DNA of 41,147 nt, from positions 1 to 41,147 of the forward strand of contig JBDREN010000056.1 in NCBI GenBank assembly GCA_043819795.1, in the 5' to 3' direction. This document shows positions 11,806-19,548 of this stretch, in pieces. Position 1 is the first letter of the stretch, and every line of letters starts with the position of its first letter. The DNA comes from Elusimicrobiota bacterium. GTDB lineage: Bacteria; Elusimicrobiota; Elusimicrobia; UBA1565. The position numbers and the translations under genes are program-made. Below the pieces are notes generated by a model. The model saw only the letters and a program-made list of their open reading frames with translations, was not told where the DNA came from and ran no database searches.

Positions 11806-12510
11806 TCAGGAGTCTGCGAGGGTGTAGCCGACGCCGCGGAGGGTGCGGATGCGCTTGCCTTGCGGTCCCAGCTTCCGGCGCAGCGAGCCCACCTGCTTGT
11901 CCACGACCTCCGGGTTGACGTCGTCGGACCGCTCGCCCCAGACCCCGTCCATCAGCTGGGACCTGTCCAGGGGCCGCCCGGGATTCTCCAGGAACAGACG
12001 CAGAAGCTCGAACTCCTTGGGCGTCAGGCCTTCGAGAGCCTTCCAGCGCCCCCGAGCCTGACGCACGAGGACCTCCCAACGGCGCACGTCGACGCGCAGC
12101 CCGCCGCTCTCGAGCACTCCGGGCAAAGACAACCCGGGGCAGGTCCGCTTCAGGTGCACAAACAGCTTGTCCGCCAGGACTTCGTCGGGGGCCGAGCTCG
12201 GGAAGAAATCCATGGCCCCGGCGCCGAGAGCCTTCGCCACCGCCGGCCCCAGCAGGGCCTCTTCCTCGGCGAACACGATGACGCTTACCCCGGGTGCGTG
12301 CTCGCGCAGGCCCTTGAGCGCGGCTTGGGCGCCGCCGGAGAGAAGCCTCCAATCGATGAGCGCGAAGTCCTGTCCCTGTCCTCGGCGGCAGGCCTCGCGC
12401 TCGAGCGCCCTGAGGCCGTCCGCTCGGACGCACCTGAGGCCGAGAAAGCCGGTCACGCGCTGCCAGCGCGCCGCCTGCGCCGGGCGCGCTGTCGCGATGA
12501 ATATCCTCAT
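11806..12510 (-). CDS. OmpR/PhoB-type regulator with degenerate receiver domain
   Basis: Winged helix (LTPKEFELL..FLENPG, VDKQVGSLRRKLG, IRTLRGVGY). The receiver keeps ALIDW but lacks the acidic pocket and the conserved Lys. ATGA overlap with motB. Confidence 0.88.
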   Translation of the reverse strand: MRIFIATARPAQAARWQRVTGFLGLRCVRADGLRALEREACRRGQGQDFALIDWRLLSGGAQAALKGLREHAPGVSVIVFAEEEALLGPAVAKALGAGAMDFFPSSAPDEVLADKLFVHLKRTCPGLSLPGVLESGGLRVDVRRWEVLVRQARGRWKALEGLTPKEFELLRLFLENPGRPLDRSQLMDGVWGERSDDVNPEVVDKQVGSLRRKLGPQGKRIRTLRGVGYTLADS

Positions 12511-13202
12511 TCCTCCCGCAGCAGGCTGATCTCGATTCGGCGGTTCTTGGCCCGTCCCTCGGCCGTCGCGTTGTCGGCGACCGGGCGGTGCTCGCCGAAG
12601 CCGACTCCGGAGATGCGGGAGGAATCGACGCCGGAGCCCTCGAGCGTGCGGATCACGGCGTAAGCGCGGGCCATCGAAAGCTCCCAGTTCGAGCGGTATC
12701 GGCCGCGCCGGATCGGCACGTTGTCGGTATGGCCCTCGATCCGGATCTGGTTCCTGAGGTTCTTCATGTCCTTCGCGATGCTTTCCAGCACCGGCAGCGC
12801 CTTCGGCGTGAGCTCCGCATTACCCGAGTCGAACAGCACGCCCTCTCCCAGGTTGAGGGATATCCGCTTCACCGTCACCACCAGCTTGACCGCCTCCCCC
12901 AGCTCGCCGCCGTCGACCTTATCCTGGAGACTCTGGGAGACCAGGAGCTCCTGATCGCGCTGCTGGGCGCGCTCGGCGAGCTTGGGGTCCACCTCGCCGC
13001 CGAACACCCGCTGGATCTGGATCAAGGAGTCCTCGACCTTGTCCCGCTTGTGAATCTTGACGTCCTGGGAGAGGTTGTAGGACAGCATCAGGAGGAAGAG
13101 GATCATCAGGTAGCTCATCATGTCCCCGTAGACGATCGCCCACAGGGCATTGCGGTTCAGATGACCCTCGAGTTCCTCTTTTCGGAAGCGATAGACGGCC
13201 AT
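12507..13202 (-). CDS. motB: MotB-family stator subunit with OmpA-like peptidoglycan-binding domain
   Basis: W..YGDMMS.LMILF TM helix with the critical Asp; LFDSG.A, IEGHTDNVPI, NWELSMARA, GRAKNRRIEI. Confidence 0.9.
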   Translation of the reverse strand: MAVYRFRKEELEGHLNRNALWAIVYGDMMSYLMILFLLMLSYNLSQDVKIHKRDKVEDSLIQIQRVFGGEVDPKLAERAQQRDQELLVSQSLQDKVDGGELGEAVKLVVTVKRISLNLGEGVLFDSGNAELTPKALPVLESIAKDMKNLRNQIRIEGHTDNVPIRRGRYRSNWELSMARAYAVIRTLEGSGVDSSRISGVGFGEHRPVADNATAEGRAKNRRIEISLLREE

Positions 13203-13214
13203 GGGGTCAGCGCC

Positions 13215-13952
13215 TTATCGGAAGGCCTGCAGCCGCCGCTCCAGCACGAGGGGGACCGTCCCCTGCATCATGCCGATCACGCCCTCGACGACCATCGCCT
13301 TCATCTTGATCTCCTCCCAGAGGCGCATGCGCAGCTTGCCGGCCACCGGGATGCAGACGAAGTTCGCGAAGCTGATGCCGTAGAACGCCGCCGTGATGGC
13401 GATCGCCATCGCCGGCCCGACGGCCTCCGGATCGGCGATCTTCTGCAGGACGTCCACGATGCCGATGAGGGTCCCGATGAGCCCGAACATCGGCGAGATG
13501 ACGCCGGCGGTCCGGATCACGTTGATCACCTCGTTGGCCCGGTCCACGCCGTTGTTGACCTCGGTCTCCAGCACGCGGCGCACGAAGTCTGCGTTGTTGT
13601 ACTCGAGCGCCGTCGTGGCCGCTTCCGCGAAGAAGCCGTCGGCGATCTTCGGATCGACGTTGCGCAGCGCTCCGATGCCGTTCTTCTGCACCAGCTCGGC
13701 CGTGCGCGTGAGCACCGGCACCAGCTGGCCCGGCTGGGCGTACGGGTCCAGGCGCATTAGCGAAAGCATGGCCACGAACGTGTCGCGCACGTAGTGCATC
13801 GGAGTGTTGATGAGCATCGCGGCGGCCGTGCCGCCGAATACGATGCCCATGCTGTGGAAGTTCACGAATACGGCGCCCACCTCGCCGGTGAAGATGCCGG
13901 CCAGCACCAGCCCGATCGCGCCGCCGAGCCCGATGATTGTCGATGCGTCCAT
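13215..13952 (-). CDS. motA: MotA/PomA-family stator subunit
   Basis: MD.STIIG, IVFGGT, SPMFGLIGTLIGIV, GPAMAIAI...FYGI.FAN...PVAGKL, EGVIGM..G..P. Confidence 0.9.
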   Translation of the reverse strand: MDASTIIGLGGAIGLVLAGIFTGEVGAVFVNFHSMGIVFGGTAAAMLINTPMHYVRDTFVAMLSLMRLDPYAQPGQLVPVLTRTAELVQKNGIGALRNVDPKIADGFFAEAATTALEYNNADFVRRVLETEVNNGVDRANEVINVIRTAGVISPMFGLIGTLIGIVDVLQKIADPEAVGPAMAIAITAAFYGISFANFVCIPVAGKLRMRLWEEIKMKAMVVEGVIGMMQGTVPLVLERRLQAFR

Positions 13953-15125
13953 TCAGCTCCCCTTCCCCTTGTTGCGCTCGACCCAGGCCTGCAGGAGCGC
14001 GACCTGCTTTCCGAGCTTCTCCTGCAGCTCCGCCATGCGCTTCTGACATTCCGCGAGACGCGCCCGCAGCTCGGGGATCCTGGCCGATCCGGGCGGCTCG
14101 TCGCGCAGAGCGGCCACGGCCCGGCTCATCTCGACCTGCAGCGCGTCCCGACCCTTCAGAGAATCTACCATACTCTCCAGGGCGGCCTCCACCAGCAGCT
14201 CCGGCCCGCCCTTCTTCTGCCACTCGCGCCGGGTCTGATTGAGGGCCAGGAGGATGTCCTTCTCCCAAAGCCGGCGCGCCTTCCGCTCCCTGTCCCGCTC
14301 CTTGCGGGCCTCGTCGAGGAGGCGCTCGAGATCGGCGACGCGTCCCATGATGATCGAAAGCTCGGGGATGCGGGAGGTCTCCGGAGGGGGGACTCCCGGC
14401 GGAGGCGGGATCTGCTCGGGGGCCGGGGGTGCCGGGGGGCCGGGCTCCGGGGCCCGCTCGGACGTCGGGACGCCCGGCATCGATGGCTCCGGCGCCGAGG
14501 GCGCCTCCGTCTCCGCCTCGAGCCGGCCGAGCTGCTCGCGCAGCCGCCGCTCCAGCTCGCCCCGGCCCTCCTCGTCCTCCATGCACCGGAGGACATCCTC
14601 GGCCGGAATCATGCGCAGCTCGGCGAGGCTCAGCCTCGACTCGAGCTCGCGGATGCGCCCCTGCGCCGCGGAATACTGATCGCGAAGGGCGCGGTCCCAG
14701 GACGCGGCCCGCTGCTGCTCCCGGATGTTTCGGAACAGATCCTCGACCTCCCCCCGGGCCTTGCGCTGCGCCGCCTCCCGCTCGCGTAAAAGGAGGTTGG
14801 CGCGCAGGGCCTCTTCCTGGGCGAGCTGAAGCTTCCTTTCCAAAAGGTCCATCCGGGTCTGCAGAAACAGCGCCAGCTCGGTCGGCGGCTGCGGCGGCTG
14901 CGGCTGGGGCCGCTCCGGAGGAGCCACGACCTCCTCTTCGCCTCCGATGGGAGCCTCCTCCAGCGGCGGCGGAGCCGACATCTCCTCGATCTTGCGCTCG
15001 AGCTCCTGGATCTGCCGCTGCAGCGGCGCCAGGGCCTCCCCGGACGGCGCGGCGGCCTCGGGCGACGTCTCCTCCGGAGGCGTCTCTCCGCGCAGCGTCG
15101 ACAACAGATTATCTACTTTCGCCAC
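13953..15125 (-). CDS. Hypothetical cytoplasmic coiled-coil protein with Pro-rich linkers
   Basis: E/R/L/Q-rich heptad segments separated by Pro-rich spacers; no TM or signal peptide; its stop directly abuts the motA ATG. Confidence 0.75.
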   Translation of the reverse strand: MAKVDNLLSTLRGETPPEETSPEAAAPSGEALAPLQRQIQELERKIEEMSAPPPLEEAPIGGEEEVVAPPERPQPQPPQPPTELALFLQTRMDLLERKLQLAQEEALRANLLLREREAAQRKARGEVEDLFRNIREQQRAASWDRALRDQYSAAQGRIRELESRLSLAELRMIPAEDVLRCMEDEEGRGELERRLREQLGRLEAETEAPSAPEPSMPGVPTSERAPEPGPPAPPAPEQIPPPPGVPPPETSRIPELSIIMGRVADLERLLDEARKERDRERKARRLWEKDILLALNQTRREWQKKGGPELLVEAALESMVDSLKGRDALQVEMSRAVAALRDEPPGSARIPELRARLAECQKRMAELQEKLGKQVALLQAWVERNKGKGS

Positions 15126-15134
15126 GATATGTCC

Positions 15135-17621
15135 TTACCCCGCCTCGATCGCGGTCTCCTCCACGGCCTCGTCAAGGGGCGGCGACGTCGCGCGCTCCGC
15201 CTCGAGAGCCATGCCGCGGGGGACGGGGTTGCTGATCACTCCATCGGTGATGATCTGCATGACCGCTTCCACGACCCGCTCCTGGGCCTGCTCGCAAACG
15301 GATTCGCTCGGCCGCGAGGCTTCCATCATCTGCTCGAGGATCGCCCAGGTCTTCGGCAGCATCTGCCTCCGGGCGGCCTCCCGCATCGCCTCCTCGGCGT
15401 GGTGGAGCGCCATCGCCCAGTCCTCGATCTTGACCGTGCCGAGGACGAACGACCAGTCCCTCGGCTCGAGGAACTGGAGGTCCTCGAAGAGCAGCACCCG
15501 GCTGCGCGCCAGACGCGCCAGCTCAAGGTCGCGCGTCTCGAGCAGCTTCAAGATGTCCCTCTTCGCCTTCATGTCGGCCTGCTCGATCATCTCCAAAAGG
15601 TAGCTGCGGCCGCCGACGGCGCTCTCGAGCCGCCGCTCGAGCTCGTCTTTGACCGTGGCGACGAGGTCGGGCTCGACGAACCGGATGCTGCCGAGATGGA
15701 GGACCACCTCGCTGTAGACGGGAGTGGGAAGCTTCGAGAGGAACGCCCTCTTGACGTCCGGCCTGAGGTGCGCCACCACGAGAGCGACGTTCTCCGGGTC
15801 CTGGCGCTGCAGTATCTCGACGAGCGTGTCGACCTGCTCCGCCTTCACCTCGAAGAATATCTTGTTCCCGGGCTCGGCCGCGCCCGCCTCCCCGCCCCCC
15901 CCGCCGGCGCCGCCTTCGCCCCCGGCCCCCTCGCCGACGGCTTCGGCCCCTCCTCCCTGCCCGAACTCCATCTGCATCTGGTGCGACTGGGCCTGGGCCA
16001 TCGAGTCCATGGCCTCGGCGAGCTTCAGGAAGCAGATCGCGACGACGATCAGCGTGACCAAGGTCATCATCGTGATGAGCACGTACTTAAAGAGCAGGCT
16101 CATCGCCTCGGGCTGGTACCATATCGTCTTCCACGCGGGCGCGAACGGCGCCCGCACGATGGTCAGCGTGTCCCCCCGATCGGGCCGGACCTCGAGGATA
16201 TCCGCCACGATCCGCGAGAGCTCGTCGCCCTGCTCGACCGCGATGGTGTTGTCGAGGATGAGCGTCACGACGAGGCGCTTGACGAACGAGGTCGGGAAGG
16301 AGTTCTGGCGCTCGTAGGACTTGGCCCCCCCGAAGCCCGGCACGGGCTCGGGCATGGGAATGCCGGGCAGCAGCTCGCTGCGGCCCGCCGCCTCGGCGCC
16401 GACGTTCTGCCACAAGAAAACCGAGCCCGGCTCCGCCTCGGAGGTCGCCGCGCCGCCCTGGACGTCGAAGCGCTCGATGCGCGTGAAATCGAGGGTGGCA
16501 TCCACCACCACCCGGTACCGGCTGGGACCGAGCAGGCGCAGGAGCACGGACTCGGCCTTGGCCTCCATGGCGTGCTCGAACTTGGCCTTCTCCTCTAGCG
16601 GGATCGTCTGGGCCGACAGGGGCGCCGCCAGGCAGAGCGCCAGCAGCAGGGCATTGAGCAGCCGCCTTCCGTTAGCCAAGCGAGCGGGCTTCGTCGGGAT
16701 GCGGAACCAGAACGTCGCCCCCTTGCCGAGACCCGGCGAATCCAAGCCGATCTCGCCCTGGTGCCCGCGGACGATCTCCTGGGCGATCGCGAGCCCGAGC
16801 CCCCAGCCCTTCTTCCTCTCCTTTATCCCCTGGAACTGGGACTGGTAGAACTTCTCGAAGACGCGGCCGCGCTCCGACGGATGGATGCCGGGCCCGGTGT
16901 CCTTGACCGAGAGCGTGACCTTGCGGCCGATCACCGCGACCTTGAGCTCGACCCTCCCCCCGGCCGGCGTGAACTTGACCGCGTTGTTGAGGAAGTTCAT
17001 CAGCGCCTGCACCAGCCGGAAGCGGTCGCCGACGATTATGACCTCCGGCGGCGACTCCGGGGTGACGAACTCGACGCCGTTCTTCTCGGCGATGACGCCG
17101 ATCGCGGGGACGATGTCCTTGAGCATGCTGGGGAGGTCGAAGGAGGCCTTCTCGAGCCTCAGCTTGCCGGCCTCGATGACGGCCAGGTCGGTCAGGTCGC
17201 TCATGAGCCGGTTGATCTGGTCGGTACCCCGGACGATGTAGTCGACATACTTCTTCTGCGTCCCCTCGAGTACCTGGCGGCTGAGCATCTCGCCGAAGCC
17301 CTTGATCGACGCCAAGGGCGTGCGCACGTCGTGGACCGCCATCGAGAGGAACTTGGACTTCATGCTATTGAGCCGCTCGAGCTCCTCGTTGCTCACCCGC
17401 AGGCGCGCCGAGACCTTCTCCAGCTGCGTGCTGCGCTTCTGGACCTGGCTCTGGGCGACGGCCAATTGCGTCATGAAGTCCTGAATCTCCCGCCGGTCCT
17501 GTCGGCGCCTCTGCGAATACTTGCCGAACTGGAAGAACCCGGTCAGCTGGCTGACCACCAGCATGCTGGCCGCCAGCATCAGAAAGAGCACCGGCAACAG
17601 GCCGACGATCACGACCTCCAC
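15135..17621 (-). CDS. Fusion: membrane histidine kinase + FliF-like ring-building domain + FliG-like middle/C-terminal domains
   Basis: HisKA (AVHDVRTPL) and HATPase (NFLNNAVKFT, DTGPGI, FEKFYQ, GLGLAI). FliF-C-like segments LLGPSRYRVVVDATLDF and VKRLVVTLILD..RGDTLTIVRAPF plus a TM helix. FliG-like QDPENVALVVAHL, GG...L.EMIEQ.D, LLFEDL, WAMAL, EQAQERVVE. GGGAGG RBS before the GTG. Confidence 0.85.
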   Translation of the reverse strand: MEVVIVGLLPVLFLMLAASMLVVSQLTGFFQFGKYSQRRRQDRREIQDFMTQLAVAQSQVQKRSTQLEKVSARLRVSNEELERLNSMKSKFLSMAVHDVRTPLASIKGFGEMLSRQVLEGTQKKYVDYIVRGTDQINRLMSDLTDLAVIEAGKLRLEKASFDLPSMLKDIVPAIGVIAEKNGVEFVTPESPPEVIIVGDRFRLVQALMNFLNNAVKFTPAGGRVELKVAVIGRKVTLSVKDTGPGIHPSERGRVFEKFYQSQFQGIKERKKGWGLGLAIAQEIVRGHQGEIGLDSPGLGKGATFWFRIPTKPARLANGRRLLNALLLALCLAAPLSAQTIPLEEKAKFEHAMEAKAESVLLRLLGPSRYRVVVDATLDFTRIERFDVQGGAATSEAEPGSVFLWQNVGAEAAGRSELLPGIPMPEPVPGFGGAKSYERQNSFPTSFVKRLVVTLILDNTIAVEQGDELSRIVADILEVRPDRGDTLTIVRAPFAPAWKTIWYQPEAMSLLFKYVLITMMTLVTLIVVAICFLKLAEAMDSMAQAQSHQMQMEFGQGGGAEAVGEGAGGEGGAGGGGGEAGAAEPGNKIFFEVKAEQVDTLVEILQRQDPENVALVVAHLRPDVKRAFLSKLPTPVYSEVVLHLGSIRFVEPDLVATVKDELERRLESAVGGRSYLLEMIEQADMKAKRDILKLLETRDLELARLARSRVLLFEDLQFLEPRDWSFVLGTVKIEDWAMALHHAEEAMREAARRQMLPKTWAILEQMMEASRPSESVCEQAQERVVEAVMQIITDGVISNPVPRGMALEAERATSPPLDEAVEETAIEAG

Positions 17622-17699
17622 GGCGTCCTCCCGGCAAGGATAGAATTGCTCAAAAAGGTTATAGATTTATTAAACAACCCGGCATCTCCCATCGGCACG

Positions 17700-17875
17700 A
17701 CTCCCTCGTCAGCGGTCCCCCCGCGGGAGGATGTCAGCAGTCCCCCCGCGGGGGACTGCTCAAGCGGGGGGGCTGCCCCTCGCCGTTGGGCTCCAACGAC
17801 CATCGCTACTGACGCACGACACGACATCGGCCCCCTCCTACTCCCGCGTCCCTCCCCCCGGGGGAGAGACGCGCT
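17700..17875. repeat. Composite palindromic intergenic element related to 11496-11669
   Basis: Tandem GTCAGCRGTCCCCCCGCGGG (17708-17727, 17733-17752); hairpin CCCGCGTCCCTCCCCCCGGGGG..CGCGC shared with about 11539-11574. Confidence 0.65.
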
Positions 17876-19439
17876 ACAGGCCTTGCGCCTCCATGAACCG
17901 GCGCAGTTTCTCGTCGGCCGGGTCGAACTCGAGCGCCTTCCGGTAGGCCGCCGCCGCGCGCTGCTTATCGCCCATGCCGAAATAGGCCGAGCCGAGCCGG
18001 GTCCAGGCCTTGGCGTTGTTCGGCTCCAGCCACAGCGCCTCGCGCAGCAACTGCGCGGCCGGCGCGAACTGGCGGCGATAGACCGCCTCCACGCCGAGCT
18101 TCATCTTCAGGGCCGCCAGGCGGGCGGGCGGCAGGATCTCATCGTCCTTCTTCTCGCGTCCCGTGAGCTTCCCGACCGCGTCGAGCAGTCGCCGGTAGGC
18201 GCCCCTCCGCGGATCGGAGCCCTGGGCCGCGTGGGCCAGGAGCATCGCCCGGTCCTCCTCGTTGCCGATATAGGCCTGCACCGCCTGGTAGGCGACGAAG
18301 GCCGCGGGCGCGTTCTCCTGGAAGGCCTCCTGGTCCTCCGGATGGGTCTCGAGCTCCATGGCCTTGATGAGCCGCTTGAGCCGCTCGCCTTGCGGCTTCC
18401 ACTCCGCCCCGGAGACCCCGGGGTCGATCCCGTGCGCGGTGTCCATGTCCTGCGAGGCCTTGAGGTAGTTGCGCTTCTTGAGCTCCGCGACCGCGTTGTT
18501 GAGGTGCTCGGTCGCGTAGGCCCGCATCCTAGGCACCCGCGCGCCCTCGCGGTCCCGCGGCGAGTCGAAGCGGTAGCCGATCGAGATGCGCTGCGACATG
18601 CCGAGCTCCGAATGGTTCATGAGCGCGAAGTCTATCTTATACCTGTTCCGGAACATCAGGCCGCCCCCGAACGAGAGCGCCTCGTCGGCCATGCCCACCC
18701 GCAGCGCCGTGATGCCCCACGCGTACTCGGTGCCGACGCGGAACTCTCCGGAATCCGAGACGTCCATGGCGAGCGCCAGCGGCCCCACGATCTGGTAGGC
18801 GGCTCCGGCGCGGATCAGGGGATTGAGCTTATCGTCGGTGTCCCCCTGAGCCAGGCCGACGGCGTTGAGCGCGACCGCGCCGAGCATGAGCCTGCCGCCG
18901 AGCCAGGGGCCCCATTGGACGCCGACGTCCGCGCCGTAGAGCTTGTCCTTGGAGCCCCCCAGGTCGCGCTGCAGCATCTTCAGCTTGGCGCCCGCCGAGA
19001 GCTTGGGATGCAGGATGCCGCGCCAGCCGTGCGCGAGGCCAAGCGCCATCTCGGAGTAGCTGAAGCCGCCGGTGGGATTGTTGAACTCGTCGCGGCCCTC
19101 GGCGTCGCCGACGCCGAAACGGATCAGCTCAAACCCCCAGCCGCCCGCGCGCTTCCTCTTGTTCTGCGCGTAACCGATATAGTCGTAAGTCGCCCCCTCG
19201 AAGAGCTTCGCGCGCATGAGCGTGATCTCGCGGCTCGGCAGAAGCCCGAGCCCGGCCGGGTTGTAGTAGACCGAGGCGACGTCCCGGACCACGGCCGTGC
19301 AGGCGCTGCCCATGCCGAGAGCGCGCGCCCCCGCCCCGAAGGTGAAAAGCTCGCCGGGCTGTCCGGCCGAACCCTTGGCGAAGGCCGTGGGCATGGCCGC
19401 CGCCCAGGCGAACAAAAAGGCGGTGAGGAGCCGTAGCAC
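17874..19439 (-). CDS. PorV/FadL-like outer-membrane beta-barrel with C-terminal TPR domain
   Basis: Signal peptide (..PTAFA-K); GARALGMGSA.TAV..D..SVYYNPAGL motif; amphipathic strands ending ISIGYRF; TPR helices (ALWLEPNNAKAWTRLG, AYRKALEFDP). Start probably GTG 19439. Confidence 0.78.
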   Translation of the reverse strand: MLRLLTAFLFAWAAAMPTAFAKGSAGQPGELFTFGAGARALGMGSACTAVVRDVASVYYNPAGLGLLPSREITLMRAKLFEGATYDYIGYAQNKRKRAGGWGFELIRFGVGDAEGRDEFNNPTGGFSYSEMALGLAHGWRGILHPKLSAGAKLKMLQRDLGGSKDKLYGADVGVQWGPWLGGRLMLGAVALNAVGLAQGDTDDKLNPLIRAGAAYQIVGPLALAMDVSDSGEFRVGTEYAWGITALRVGMADEALSFGGGLMFRNRYKIDFALMNHSELGMSQRISIGYRFDSPRDREGARVPRMRAYATEHLNNAVAELKKRNYLKASQDMDTAHGIDPGVSGAEWKPQGERLKRLIKAMELETHPEDQEAFQENAPAAFVAYQAVQAYIGNEEDRAMLLAHAAQGSDPRRGAYRRLLDAVGKLTGREKKDDEILPPARLAALKMKLGVEAVYRRQFAPAAQLLREALWLEPNNAKAWTRLGSAYFGMGDKQRAAAAYRKALEFDPADEKLRRFMEAQGL

Positions 19440-19548
19440 ACTATAGTGTAACGCGCGCGCGTCCTGAAACACGAAGAGAATCCGAAGACGGGCCCATAAA
19501 AAACGCAGGCTCCGAAAGCGTTTTCCTTTAACAGCGGCTACTTCTTCG

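Noticed and set aside
12507..13952. Zorya ZorAB, or ExbBD/TolQR/AglRQS
   Set aside because: The MotA-like protein is 245 aa with no long ZorA tail and there is no ZorC/D/E. The B subunit has a MotB TM motif and an OmpA-like domain, and a FliG-like partner is in the operon.
19438..19462. Adjacent 12-bp palindromes ACACTATAGTGT and ACGCGCGCGCGT at the start of the PorV-like gene
   Set aside because: Could be an operator or a leaderless promoter (TACACT -10), but there is no convincing -35 or second copy; too weak to call.
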